A stretch of 64,000 nt of DNA from an uncultured Clostridia bacterium (GTDB lineage Bacteria > Bacillota > Clostridia > Christensenellales > CAG-917): the NCBI GenBank assembly GCA_963545485.1, contig CAUUJG010000004.1, positions 23,186-87,185 on the forward strand, read 5' to 3'. The position numbers and the translations under genes are program-made. Within the stretch, counting starts at the first letter, position 1; each line of letters begins with the position of its first letter. The notes beneath the pieces are model-generated. The model was not told where the DNA came from. It saw only the letters and a program-made list of their open reading frames with translations, and made no database searches. This document shows positions 38,577 to 49,365 of the stretch, one piece after another.

Positions 38577-39941
38577 TTATATTTTAGATAATTGATTATT
38601 AATATCTGAAATTTGTAGTTTTAATTTTTTATTAATTTTTAAATCATTTTCTATTTTATTTTTAGCATGCATTATTGTTGTATGATCTCTATTAAAGAAG
38701 TTTCCAATTGCACTAAGTGGAATAGAGAGGTTTTGAGAAATAAGATAAATTGCAATTTGTCTTGCAGAAACAATTTCTTGTTTTCTTGAAGATGAGAAAA
38801 TATCTTTAATAGAAATATTAAAATAAGAAGAAACTGTTTCAAGTATTGCATCCTTATTAATACTTTTACCTGAATTTTTTTCATTTATAATTTCAGAAAG
38901 CACTTCAGAAGCCATTTCTTTTGTTTCTATATTTTTCATTAATAAAGAAGATGAAAAGATGATTTTTGTTAAATAACCTTCCATTTCTCTAATACTCATT
39001 GTTTTTGAAATTTCAGCAATATAAAATGCAACTTCATTTGTAAGATTAAAATTTTCTCTCATTGCTTTATATTTTAATATTGAGACTCTTGTTTCAATTT
39101 TAGGAGTTTGAATATCAACAATTAGACCACAGCCAAATCTTGAAGTTAATCTTTCTTCTAAATTAGAAAGGTCCTTAGGAGCTTTGTCAGAAGTGATAAT
39201 AATTTGTTTTTGGGAATTATATAATTTATTAAATAAATTAAAAAATGCTTCTTGAGTAGCTGTTTTATTTGCTAAAAATTGAATATCATCAATCATAAGA
39301 ACATCACAGTGTTTATATTTTTCTTCAAATAAAGATTTACTGTTTTTTTTATCATTGTTAATTGAATTTAAAAAATCATTAACTAGTTCTTCTGTAGTAG
39401 CATAAGTGATTTTAATTTTTTTATTATGTTTAAAAATATAGTTTCCAATAGCATGAAGAAGGTGCGTTTTCCCGAGTCCAACTCCACTATATATAAACAG
39501 AGGATTATATTTTTTTCCAGGGTCAGTAGCAACTGCTTTAGCAGCATTTAGAGCGAAAGAGTTTGAATCTCCACTTATGAAAGAATCAAAAGTAAATTTA
39601 TCAAGGAACGGATTTTTTTTACTTTCAGTGATTGTTTCTTCTTCTATCTTTTCATTTGTGTCAATATTTTTAAGAGAATTATCATTTCTATCTAGAACGA
39701 TTAAAATATTTTCTACTTCATCATTGAAGAGTCTTACAGTATTTAGAATTTTATTTTCATAATTTTCATTCAATGCCTGTTTTACCATTTTTAATTTGGT
39801 AGACAGAATAAAAGTACCGTTTTTAATTTTTATAGGTTTTAAATTTGGATACCAAATGTCACATGCAAGAGAATTAACATCCTTGTCATTTTTTTTGAAA
39901 TAATTCAGCACCTTTTCCCATAAAATAATTAATTCATTCAT
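38577..39941 (-). CDS. dnaA: Chromosomal replication initiator DnaA
   Basis: Walker A GVGLGKTHLL, the box VII region, and the C-terminal DNA-binding signature NRDHTTIMHA. 454 aa. Confidence 0.95.
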   Translation of the reverse strand: MNELIILWEKVLNYFKKNDKDVNSLACDIWYPNLKPIKIKNGTFILSTKLKMVKQALNENYENKILNTVRLFNDEVENILIVLDRNDNSLKNIDTNEKIEEETITESKKNPFLDKFTFDSFISGDSNSFALNAAKAVATDPGKKYNPLFIYSGVGLGKTHLLHAIGNYIFKHNKKIKITYATTEELVNDFLNSINNDKKNSKSLFEEKYKHCDVLMIDDIQFLANKTATQEAFFNLFNKLYNSQKQIIITSDKAPKDLSNLEERLTSRFGCGLIVDIQTPKIETRVSILKYKAMRENFNLTNEVAFYIAEISKTMSIREMEGYLTKIIFSSSLLMKNIETKEMASEVLSEIINEKNSGKSINKDAILETVSSYFNISIKDIFSSSRKQEIVSARQIAIYLISQNLSIPLSAIGNFFNRDHTTIMHAKNKIENDLKINKKLKLQISDINNQLSKI

Positions 39942-40070
39942 AAGAAAAATAATAACATAAAAAGAAATAAAACATCAAAAATGCATATTAAGAGAATACA
40001 AAATAAGTAAGAAAAAAATATAGATGATATAATAAAAAATATTATTAAAAACAGGTTAAACGATATAAAA

Positions 40071-41165
40071 ATGTATATCAAAAAACTAGAAATTAAAAAT
40101 TTTAGAAGTTATAAGCATCTTCAATTGATTCCAGAAAAGGAGTTAAATTTTTTTCTTGGGGCAAATGCAACTGGGAAAACAAATATTCTTGAAAGTATAT
40201 ATTATGCAGCTTTGTTAAGATCGCCAAAAACAAATCAAGACAAAGAAATAATTCGCTTTGGGGAAGAATTTGCAGTAATAAAAATGGAGATAGCAAGAAA
40301 ACATATAACAAATGAGATTAAGATATATTTAAACAGACAGGGTGAAAAAAAAATATTAATAGATGATAACCCAATTAGAAAGATAAGTGACATTATAGAT
40401 AAATTAGGAGTGGTGTTTTTTTGTCCTGAAGATATGACGGTAGTGCAGGGTTCTGCGATTGCGAGAAGAACATTTTTAAATATAGGGATGAGTATTGTGA
40501 GCTCTGTTTTTTATGAAGAATATAACAATTATAAAAAACTTTTACAGCAGAAGGTGTGTTTATTGAAAAAACCAACCATTACACAGGAAACCCTAAAAGA
40601 ACTCGATGCTTGGGATGATTTATTATCAAAAAGTATATTTTGGATTATCAAACAAAGAGAGACATATATTACAAAACTTAGTGAAATAGCAAAAGAAAAA
40701 TATAGAAGGATTTCAAACAATAAAGAAGAATTAAACATATTTTATGAATCAACAATACAAAAACATGCAACAAGTGCAGAAATTTTTGAAGAAATTAAAA
40801 AAGAAAGAGAAAAAGATATAGAATATGGATGTGCAAGAAAAGGTCCACATAGGGACGATATTATATTTAGTTTAGATGGTGTTGATGCTCGTAAATTTGC
40901 ATCACAAGGGCAGCAGAGAACAGTTGCACTTGCATTAAAATTATCAGAACTTGAGCTATATAGCCAATATAGAGGGGAGTCGGCAATATTATTATTGGAT
41001 GATGTTTTGGGAGAACTAGATAGATATAGACAAGAAGAGCTTATAAAAGCAATATATGGACAGCAAACATTCGTTACTTCTACAGAATATGACAAACAAT
41101 TTAAAGGCACAATTTTTGAGGTTTTTAAAGAAAACAACAATTCATTTATAAAGTGCATAAGATAA
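40071..41165 (+). CDS. recF: DNA replication/repair protein RecF
   Basis: Walker A GANATGKTN, signature SQGQQRT and Walker B LLLDDV. Confidence 0.9.
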   Translation: MYIKKLEIKNFRSYKHLQLIPEKELNFFLGANATGKTNILESIYYAALLRSPKTNQDKEIIRFGEEFAVIKMEIARKHITNEIKIYLNRQGEKKILIDDNPIRKISDIIDKLGVVFFCPEDMTVVQGSAIARRTFLNIGMSIVSSVFYEEYNNYKKLLQQKVCLLKKPTITQETLKELDAWDDLLSKSIFWIIKQRETYITKLSEIAKEKYRRISNNKEELNIFYESTIQKHATSAEIFEEIKKEREKDIEYGCARKGPHRDDIIFSLDGVDARKFASQGQQRTVALALKLSELELYSQYRGESAILLLDDVLGELDRYRQEELIKAIYGQQTFVTSTEYDKQFKGTIFEVFKENNNSFIKCIR

Positions 41166-41221
41166 CAAAAAAACTAATCTTGTAACAAAAAATCAAATAA
41201 CTTATAATGAATTGAGGTTAC

Positions 41222-43117
41222 ATGAAAGAAGCAGTAGATTCATATGCCAAATATCTTTTTCACGAAGGTACAAACTACCATACATACAAATTATTTTCGC
41301 CGAAAAAAGACGAAGTAGATGGCGTGCAGGGGTATCAGTTTACATTATGGGCACCAAATGCTCGCAGTGTTTCTGTAGTTGGAGATTTTAACAATTGGGA
41401 TAGAACAAGAGACCCGATGAAAAAAGTCGATGATGAAATCTGGGTTAAGTTTATCCCCGCAATAAAACAATACGATGCTTATAAATTTTCCGTAGAACAA
41501 TGTGATGGAAAAATAGTAAACAAGATAGATCCATATGCATTTCATTTTGAAACGCCACCAGCAACAGCATCAAAAATATACAATATTGAAGAGTATAGAT
41601 GGAAAGATAATAAATGGATGACAGATAGGGAACATTATAACCCTTACGCTTCTCCGATGAATATATATGAATTACATCTCGGGAGCTGGAAGCTTCAGCC
41701 AAATGGGGATGTATATGGGTATAAAGATATTGCAGATGAATTAATAAAGTATGTAAAGAAAATGGGGTACACTCATGTAGAGCTCATGCCTGTCACTGAG
41801 TATCCGTTTGAAGGGTCATGGGGGTATCAGGTCACAGGAATGTTTGCTCCAACATCTAGGTATGGAACACCGGCAGATTTAATGGAGCTCATAGACAGAT
41901 GTCATAGAGCTGGAATAGGAGTCATTCTTGATTGGGTATTAGCACATTTCCCACGAGATGAACATGGCTTAGCAACATTCGATGGGACAACAATGTATGA
42001 GTATGAAGACCCACGGAAAGGAGAACATAAAGAGTGGGGAACTAAAGTCTATGATTTTGGTAAGAATGAAGTAAAAAGTTTTTTAATTTCTTCAGCGATG
42101 TTTTGGTTTGAAGAATATCACATAGATGGAATAAGATGTGATGCTGTTGCAAGCATGCTTTACTTGGATTATGGACGCAGAGCAGGAGAATGGATAGCAA
42201 ACAAAGACGGCGGTAATTATAACCTAGAAGCAAGGGATTTTCTTAAACAGATGAATACAGCATTATTAACGAAGAATCACGGCGTTATAACAATTGCGGA
42301 AGAATCAACAGCATATCCAATGGTGACGAAGCCGGCGTATGATGGTGGATTAGGGTTTAATTTTAAATGGAATATGGGATGGATGAACGATTCACTTCAT
42401 TACTTATCTCTTGACCCATTCTTTAGAAAGGACAATCATAAAGATTTAACATTCGCAATTACATATGCGTATTCAGAAAACTATATATTGCCATTGTCTC
42501 ATGATGAAGTAGTTCATGGGAAAGCATCCATGCTTTCTAAAGTGCCAGGTGATTATGATGAAAAGTTTGAAGGGTTGAAAGCATTTTTTGGATATCATAT
42601 GGCACACCCAGGGAAAAAATTGACATTTATGGGAGCGGAGTTTGGGCAGTTTATAGAGTGGAATTATAAACAAGAATTAGATTGGTTTTTAATTGAATAT
42701 GACAAACATAGACAATTGCAGAAGTTCGTAAAAGATTTGAATCAATTTTATCTTGAGAACAAAGCAATGTGGGAAATGGATTGTTCTTATGAAGGATTTA
42801 AATGGATTGTCGTGGATGACAACACACAAAATATAATTTCATTTATAAGAAGTGCGGCAAATGACGAGAAGATAATATGTATAATTAATTTTTCTCCGGT
42901 CACAAGAGAAAAATATGTTATGGGTGTTCCAGAATATGGGACATACAAAACGGAGCTGATTTCATCTTTAAACAAATATGGTGGAAATACAGATAGAAGA
43001 GCGACATATAAAGCGACAAAAAAAACAAGCCATGGGTATCCATACTCAATAAAAGTGGATATACAGAAAAACTCATGTATGTTTTTAAAAATAGAAAAAA
43101 CTAAAGGGGAAAAGTGA
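41222..43117 (+). CDS. glgB: 1,4-alpha-glucan branching enzyme
   Basis: GH13 regions DWVLAHF, GIRCDAV and EESTAYP. 631 aa. Confidence 0.9.
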   Translation: MKEAVDSYAKYLFHEGTNYHTYKLFSPKKDEVDGVQGYQFTLWAPNARSVSVVGDFNNWDRTRDPMKKVDDEIWVKFIPAIKQYDAYKFSVEQCDGKIVNKIDPYAFHFETPPATASKIYNIEEYRWKDNKWMTDREHYNPYASPMNIYELHLGSWKLQPNGDVYGYKDIADELIKYVKKMGYTHVELMPVTEYPFEGSWGYQVTGMFAPTSRYGTPADLMELIDRCHRAGIGVILDWVLAHFPRDEHGLATFDGTTMYEYEDPRKGEHKEWGTKVYDFGKNEVKSFLISSAMFWFEEYHIDGIRCDAVASMLYLDYGRRAGEWIANKDGGNYNLEARDFLKQMNTALLTKNHGVITIAEESTAYPMVTKPAYDGGLGFNFKWNMGWMNDSLHYLSLDPFFRKDNHKDLTFAITYAYSENYILPLSHDEVVHGKASMLSKVPGDYDEKFEGLKAFFGYHMAHPGKKLTFMGAEFGQFIEWNYKQELDWFLIEYDKHRQLQKFVKDLNQFYLENKAMWEMDCSYEGFKWIVVDDNTQNIISFIRSAANDEKIICIINFSPVTREKYVMGVPEYGTYKTELISSLNKYGGNTDRRATYKATKKTSHGYPYSIKVDIQKNSCMFLKIEKTKGEK

Positions 43118-43118
43118 T

Positions 43119-44321
43119 ATGGCAAAAGAAAGAAGAAAAGAATGTGTAGCGATGTTGCTAGCAGGCGGACAAGGGACAAGGTTAGGGGTACTAACAAATA
43201 ATTTAGCAAAGCCAGCAGTACCGTTTGGAGCAAAATATAGAATTATTGATTTTCCATTATCAAACTGTATTAATAGTGGGATAGATACTGTTGGGGTGTT
43301 AACACAGTATAGACCGTTTAAATTACATCAATATATCGGGAATGGGCAACCATGGGATTTGGATAGATTGGATGGAGGTATATTTGTACTCCCACCATTT
43401 ATGACAGCAAAATCTGGAGAGTGGTATAAAGGTACAGCGAATGCAATATTTCAAAACATCGATTTTATAGATAATTATAATCCTGAATATGTCCTTATTC
43501 TCAGCGGTGATCATATATACAAAATGGATTATCACGAAATGCTGAAGGAGCACAAAGCAAATAAGGCAGACTGTACAATAGCAGTTCTTGATGTCGCAAA
43601 AGAAGAGGCTTGTCGTTTTGGAATAATGAATTTGAAGGATGGAAATAAAATATATGAATTTGAAGAAAAACCAAAAAAACCGAAGAGCACAAAAGCATCA
43701 ATGGGAATATATATTTTTACATGGGATAAGCTAAAGAAATATTTGATAGAAGATGAAAACGATTCAACATCAGATAATGATTTTGGTAAAAATATAATCC
43801 CAAAAATGCTAAATGATAAGTGTAAAATGTTTGCATATCAGTTTAAAGGATATTGGAAGGATGTTGGGACAATCTCGTCATTATGGGAAGCTAATATGGA
43901 TATATTGAACGGGACTCAAGATGAATCGTTAAAACTGAGTGATTCAACATGGAAAATATATGCGAGAAACGCAGCGGAGCCACCACATTTTGTGACCCCA
44001 GATGGGAAAGTTCAAAACTGTCTTGTTTCTGAGGGAACGATAATTGCTGGGCATGTAAAGGACAGTATAATTTCGCATTCGTGTAAAATAGAAAAAAATG
44101 TGTACATTGAAGGATCAATTCTAATGCCAGGAGTGGTTATTCATGAAGGGGCAGATATAAGATATTCAATAATTGGATGGGATGCAGAGGTAGGGGAAAA
44201 CTGCGTCATAGGAGAAACCCTCTCGGGATGCAAACCGGGAGAATGGAAGATTAGTGTTATAGCTCCTGAATACAAGCTTAAAGCCGACTCAGTAGTGGCG
44301 GCTAATGAAATGATCGGGTAG
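43119..44321 (+). CDS. glgC: Glucose-1-phosphate adenylyltransferase catalytic subunit
   Basis: [10 protein letters not shown] motif and a C-terminal left-handed beta-helix. Confidence 0.9.
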   Translation: MAKERRKECVAMLLAGGQGTRLGVLTNNLAKPAVPFGAKYRIIDFPLSNCINSGIDTVGVLTQYRPFKLHQYIGNGQPWDLDRLDGGIFVLPPFMTAKSGEWYKGTANAIFQNIDFIDNYNPEYVLILSGDHIYKMDYHEMLKEHKANKADCTIAVLDVAKEEACRFGIMNLKDGNKIYEFEEKPKKPKSTKASMGIYIFTWDKLKKYLIEDENDSTSDNDFGKNIIPKMLNDKCKMFAYQFKGYWKDVGTISSLWEANMDILNGTQDESLKLSDSTWKIYARNAAEPPHFVTPDGKVQNCLVSEGTIIAGHVKDSIISHSCKIEKNVYIEGSILMPGVVIHEGADIRYSIIGWDAEVGENCVIGETLSGCKPGEWKISVIAPEYKLKADSVVAANEMIG

Positions 44322-44328
44322 GTGAAGT

Positions 44329-45441
44329 ATGAAACGAACAATGGGAATTTTATTTGCAGATAATGACGACAGCCATTTGAAAGAGCTGACACTAAATCGA
44401 ACGAGTGCGTCAGTGCCATTTGGTGGAAGATATCGTCTTATTGACTTTGCGTTATCAAATTTTGCGAATGCAAATGTAACGAAGATAGGGATATTAACAC
44501 GTAACAACTATAACTCACTCATGGATCACATAAGAATGGGTAGAGATTGGGATTTAAACAGAAAGAATAGTGGGTTATCAATATATCCTCCATTCGTGTT
44601 TAATACTTCGCATGATGTGTATAAAGGGAAAGTAGAGGCTTTATATACATTAAAAGGCTTTATATCCAAAAGCGAAGAGGAGTATGTTCTGATATCAGAT
44701 ACAGATATTGCAATAAATATTGATTTTGATGATGTTGAAAAGTTTCACCTTTCTAAAGGAGCGGATATTACGATGCTTACATACAAAACGGACGAATTCA
44801 CATCAAAAAAAATCATTTTAAAAGAAGATAAAAACAAAAGAATAATTGATATGAGATTGCCGGTATCTACAGATACATCAAAGCAACTTTGTAATTTAAA
44901 CATATATTTTGTTAAAAAGTCGCTACTACTTTCAATGATAGATAAAGCATATGCATATGGAGAATATAATTTTGAGAAAGATGTAATTCATAAAAATCTT
45001 GAAGAATTGTATGTCATGAGCTATGAAGTAAAGGATTACGTAGCAGTTATAGACAGTGTGGAATCATATTTTAAACACAGTATGGATCTACTTGATTTAG
45101 ATACAAGAGAGAGTTTATTCTACAAGAACTCTACAATCTATACAAAAGTAAAGGACAGTGTTCCAACTCGATATAAAGCGGGGGCAAATGTTAAAAATTC
45201 TATCATAGCAGATGGTTGTGAAATAGATGGGACTGTAGAGAACTCAATTTTATTTAGAAGTGTAAAGGTAGGCAAAGGTGCGGTTATTAAAAATTCGATC
45301 ATAATGGAAAAATCAATTATAATGGACGACGCCAAACTTAATTACACAATAACAGACAAAAATGTAATAATAGAAAAAGGAAGACAGCTTAGTGGATATG
45401 CAACATATCCGATAGTGATAGCAAAAAGCAAAAGAATATAG
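44329..45441 (+). CDS. glgD: Glucose-1-phosphate adenylyltransferase GlgD subunit
   Basis: A paralogue of glgC lacking the GGxGxRL loop, in the Firmicute glgC-glgD position. Confidence 0.85.
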   Translation: MKRTMGILFADNDDSHLKELTLNRTSASVPFGGRYRLIDFALSNFANANVTKIGILTRNNYNSLMDHIRMGRDWDLNRKNSGLSIYPPFVFNTSHDVYKGKVEALYTLKGFISKSEEEYVLISDTDIAINIDFDDVEKFHLSKGADITMLTYKTDEFTSKKIILKEDKNKRIIDMRLPVSTDTSKQLCNLNIYFVKKSLLLSMIDKAYAYGEYNFEKDVIHKNLEELYVMSYEVKDYVAVIDSVESYFKHSMDLLDLDTRESLFYKNSTIYTKVKDSVPTRYKAGANVKNSIIADGCEIDGTVENSILFRSVKVGKGAVIKNSIIMEKSIIMDDAKLNYTITDKNVIIEKGRQLSGYATYPIVIAKSKRI

Positions 45442-45451
45442 GAGGTAGCAT

Positions 45452-46876
45452 ATGAAGATATTATATGTAGCATCCGAAGCCGCACCGTTTGTCAGATCAG
45501 GAGGTTTGGGAGATGTTGCAGGGGCTTTACCAAAAGCTTTAGCACAACAAAAAAATGATGTAAGAGTAATTATTCCATTTTATAAGGAAGAAATAAGAGA
45601 TGAGTTCCAAAGTACATTTAAGTATGTTGGAGCAACATTTGTGGATTTGAGTTGGAGAAGACAGTACGCAGGAGTATACGAAACACAGCAAGATGGAGTT
45701 AAATATTATTTTATAGATAATGAATATTATTTTAAAAGAAGAGGACCGTATGGTCATTTTGACGATGGTGAAAGATTTGCATATTTTTCAAAAGCAATTT
45801 TAGAGATACTACCTATTATAGATTTTTATCCAGATATCTTACATTGTAATGATTGGCAAACATCATTAGTGCCAGTGTTTCTTGATGTATTCTTTCGATA
45901 TGCTGATGCATATAAAAATATTAAAACAGTTCTCACAATTCACAATATTGAGTTCCAAGGTAAATACGATTCAAGACTTATAACTGATATTTTAGGATTA
46001 CCTGAGTGGGCAAGATCAATAGTTGTCAATAATGAAGATGTTAATTATATGAAAGGTGGAATTGAAGCGGCATCATTGGTTACAACGGTAAGTGAAACAT
46101 ATGCAAACGAGATATTGGATCCATTCTTCGCCTTTGGACTGGAAGGAATTTTAAGGGAAAGACAGTATAAAATTTACGGGGTTACAAACGGAATAGACAT
46201 GAAGTTGTATAACCCTGAAACAGACAAGGCATTATTTAAAAATTATTCACATGAAACTATAAGCAATAAAAGAGAAAACAAGAAAGGATTATGTAACATG
46301 GTTGCATTGCCATATTCTGAAAAGCGTCCAATGATAGCAATGGTAACAAGACTTACAGAACAGAAAGGTATGGATCTCGTAGGATATATTGCAGATGAAC
46401 TGATGAAGGCGGATTTACAAGTTGTAGTTATTGGAACAGGGGACTGGAAATATGAAAATTTAATAAAACATATTGAAAGTAGATATCCAGAAAAATTTAG
46501 AGCAATTCTTGCATTTTCAAGTGATCTTGCTTCAAAGATATATGCGGCATCTGATATGTTTTTGATGCCATCAAAGTTTGAACCATGTGGATTATCGCAA
46601 ATGATAGCGATGAGATATGGGTCGGTTCCAATAGTACGCGAGACGGGTGGGCTAAAGGATACTGTTGAGGCATATAATCCACAAACAAAAAAAGGCAAAG
46701 GATTTACTTTTAAAACATATAATGCATTTGATATGCTTGATGCAATATGGAGAGCATATGGATTCTTTATAGAGGAAGGTCAAAGTAACTGGGCACAGAT
46801 AATTAAGAATGACATGAAAAGTGATTTCGGTTGGGGAATAAGTGCTAAAAAATATTTAGATATTTACAAAAAATAA
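45452..46876 (+). CDS. glgA: Glycogen synthase
   Basis: KILYVASEAAPFVRSGGLGDV (KxGGL). 474 aa. Confidence 0.9.
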   Translation: MKILYVASEAAPFVRSGGLGDVAGALPKALAQQKNDVRVIIPFYKEEIRDEFQSTFKYVGATFVDLSWRRQYAGVYETQQDGVKYYFIDNEYYFKRRGPYGHFDDGERFAYFSKAILEILPIIDFYPDILHCNDWQTSLVPVFLDVFFRYADAYKNIKTVLTIHNIEFQGKYDSRLITDILGLPEWARSIVVNNEDVNYMKGGIEAASLVTTVSETYANEILDPFFAFGLEGILRERQYKIYGVTNGIDMKLYNPETDKALFKNYSHETISNKRENKKGLCNMVALPYSEKRPMIAMVTRLTEQKGMDLVGYIADELMKADLQVVVIGTGDWKYENLIKHIESRYPEKFRAILAFSSDLASKIYAASDMFLMPSKFEPCGLSQMIAMRYGSVPIVRETGGLKDTVEAYNPQTKKGKGFTFKTYNAFDMLDAIWRAYGFFIEEGQSNWAQIIKNDMKSDFGWGISAKKYLDIYKK

Positions 46877-46938
46877 TTTAGGGAATGAGGAAAAAATAAA
46901 AATAGAACTCTTAAGGGGAAATAAGGGTCGGAGAGATA

Positions 46939-49362
46939 ATGGCGAAAGAAAATATTACAGAAAAAGAATTTACTAAACAATTAGAAGAAACAATGCTTAG
47001 ATTCTTGGGAATTGAACCGTCCTTTGCGACTCCTTCGCAAATGTATAAGACACTTGCAATTTGTGTAAGGGAAAAACTAACCGCACAAAGATTGCTTTTT
47101 AAAAAGAAAGTTCATCAAAAGAAAATGAAACAAGTGTATTACATGTCTATGGAGTTTTTGTTGGGAAGATCTTTAAAGAACCATTTGTACAATATGGGTC
47201 TTGAAAAGGTTGCAGAAAAGGCAGTTAAAAATCTTGGGTTTGATTTGAACAATATTTATGAAGTTGAACCGGATGCAGGTTTAGGAAATGGGGGGCTTGG
47301 AAGATTGGCGGCAGCCTATATGGATGCTTTAACATCGCAAGGATATTTAGCTACAGGCTTTTCTATCATGTATGACTGTGGAATTTTTAAGCAAGTAATA
47401 GTCGATGGTTGGCAGCTTGAGAAACCGGATAATTGGCTGAAAGATGGTTGCGTGTGGGCAACAGCAAAGAATGAAGAAACATATCAAGTAAACTTTGGAG
47501 GAAGAGTTGAAGAGACTTGGGAAGATGGGAAATTAAAAGTTTCATATAAAGATCAAACAACAGTACTTGCTGTTCCTTATGATATGAATATATCCGGATA
47601 CCATAAAGATGCTGTAAATAGACTTAGATTATGGGCATCTAGAGCACCACAAGAATTTGATATGGGAATGTTTGCAAAGGGAGAATATGTAAAGGCAATG
47701 GCTGCAAAAGCAATGGCAGAATCAATTTCAAAAATTCTCTATCCAGCAGATGATCACATAGAAGGTAAATCATTAAGACTTAAACAGCAGTATTTTTTTG
47801 TCTCAGCATCAATACAAAGTATTTTGAAAAGACATTTGATGCATCATAAAAATTTGAATAACTTGGGAGAATATGTTGCGATACATATTAATGATACACA
47901 TCCAACATTATGTATTCCGGAGTTGATGAGATTGCTCCTAGATGAATATGGATATACTTGGGAAGACGCATGGAAAATAGTTCAAGAAGTCACATCATAT
48001 ACGAATCATACGGTCATGGCAGAGGCATTAGAAAAATGGCCACAAAACCTTTTTCAAGATTTATTACCAAGAATATATCAGATTATTCAAGAGATAAATC
48101 AGAGATATTGCAATGAATTGTGGGAGTTCTATCCTAACGATTGGAGTGTTGTTAATAAAAATGCGGTATTGGCAGATGGTCAGGTAAAAATGGCTAATCT
48201 TTGTCTTACATCAAGTCATACAATTAATGGGGTATCCTCTTTGCACTCCGACATACTAAAAAGAGATGTTTTTAAAGATTATTATGCAATGCATCCTGAG
48301 AAATTTACCAATGTAACAAACGGGATTACTCATAGAAGATGGACAGAGCAGGCAAATCCAGGATTGGCATCTTTGATAACAGAATTAATTGGTGACGAAT
48401 GGTTGAAAAATCCAACACATCTGGAAAAACTTGTAGAACACCTTGGAGACAAAAACATACACACAAAAATGATTCAGATTAAAAAAGAAAATAAAAAACG
48501 TCTTGCAGCATATGTAAAGGAACACAACAATGTCATTTTAGATACAGATTCTATTTTTGATGTACAGGTAAAAAGGTTGCATGAATATAAACGTCAACTT
48601 TTAAATGCCTTACATATTTTGGATTTATATTTTAGACTTAAAGAAAATCCAGATTTAGATATTAAGCCAAGAACATTTATATTTGCAGCAAAAGCGGCAA
48701 GTGCATATTATATGGCGAAAGAGATAATACGATTTATATGTACACTGGGTGATGTAATAAACAATGATAAAGACATTAAGGATAAGTTAAAAGTTGTATT
48801 TTTGGAGAACTATAGAGTTTCACTTGCAGAGATTATTATTCCTGCAGCAGAGGTTAGTGAACAAATATCCTTGGCAGGCAAAGAGGCAAGCGGAACATCA
48901 AACATGAAATTTATGATCAACGGTGCATTGACATTAGGAACAATGGATGGAGCGAATGTAGAAATACATGAGGCTGTTGGAGAAGGAAACATGTTTATGT
49001 TTGGATTGTTGGCGAATGAAGTTGAAGAGCTGTGGCGTAACGGATACAACCCAACACAATACTACAACGGAAACGAGAGAATAAGAAGATTAATAGATAC
49101 TTTAAGAAATGGGATAGGAGGCAATAGCTTTCCTGATATTGCAGACAGCTTAACATTTGGAAGAGGGTCTACGCCGGATGGATATATGGTGCTAGCCGAT
49201 TTTGAGTCATACGCTAAAGCCCAAGAAAGAGTAAACGACACATATAAGGATAAACATAGATGGAATAGAATGTCTTTGATGAATATTTCAAAAGCAGGTT
49301 TCTTTGCAGCAGATAGAGCCGTTCAAGAGTATGCTGAAAGAATATGGGGTTTGAAGAGATAA
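46939..49362 (+). CDS. glgP: Glycogen/maltodextrin phosphorylase
   Basis: Pyridoxal-phosphate lysine block EASGTSNMKFMINGA. 807 aa. Confidence 0.9.
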   Translation: MAKENITEKEFTKQLEETMLRFLGIEPSFATPSQMYKTLAICVREKLTAQRLLFKKKVHQKKMKQVYYMSMEFLLGRSLKNHLYNMGLEKVAEKAVKNLGFDLNNIYEVEPDAGLGNGGLGRLAAAYMDALTSQGYLATGFSIMYDCGIFKQVIVDGWQLEKPDNWLKDGCVWATAKNEETYQVNFGGRVEETWEDGKLKVSYKDQTTVLAVPYDMNISGYHKDAVNRLRLWASRAPQEFDMGMFAKGEYVKAMAAKAMAESISKILYPADDHIEGKSLRLKQQYFFVSASIQSILKRHLMHHKNLNNLGEYVAIHINDTHPTLCIPELMRLLLDEYGYTWEDAWKIVQEVTSYTNHTVMAEALEKWPQNLFQDLLPRIYQIIQEINQRYCNELWEFYPNDWSVVNKNAVLADGQVKMANLCLTSSHTINGVSSLHSDILKRDVFKDYYAMHPEKFTNVTNGITHRRWTEQANPGLASLITELIGDEWLKNPTHLEKLVEHLGDKNIHTKMIQIKKENKKRLAAYVKEHNNVILDTDSIFDVQVKRLHEYKRQLLNALHILDLYFRLKENPDLDIKPRTFIFAAKAASAYYMAKEIIRFICTLGDVINNDKDIKDKLKVVFLENYRVSLAEIIIPAAEVSEQISLAGKEASGTSNMKFMINGALTLGTMDGANVEIHEAVGEGNMFMFGLLANEVEELWRNGYNPTQYYNGNERIRRLIDTLRNGIGGNSFPDIADSLTFGRGSTPDGYMVLADFESYAKAQERVNDTYKDKHRWNRMSLMNISKAGFFAADRAVQEYAERIWGLKR

Positions 49363-49365
49363 AAA

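Noticed and set aside
38560-39957. GAAAAAATAATA / GAAAAATAATAA on both sides of dnaA as possible recombination scars of the inversion
   Set aside because: The repeats are direct rather than inverted, A-rich and low-complexity, so they are expected by chance at this base composition.
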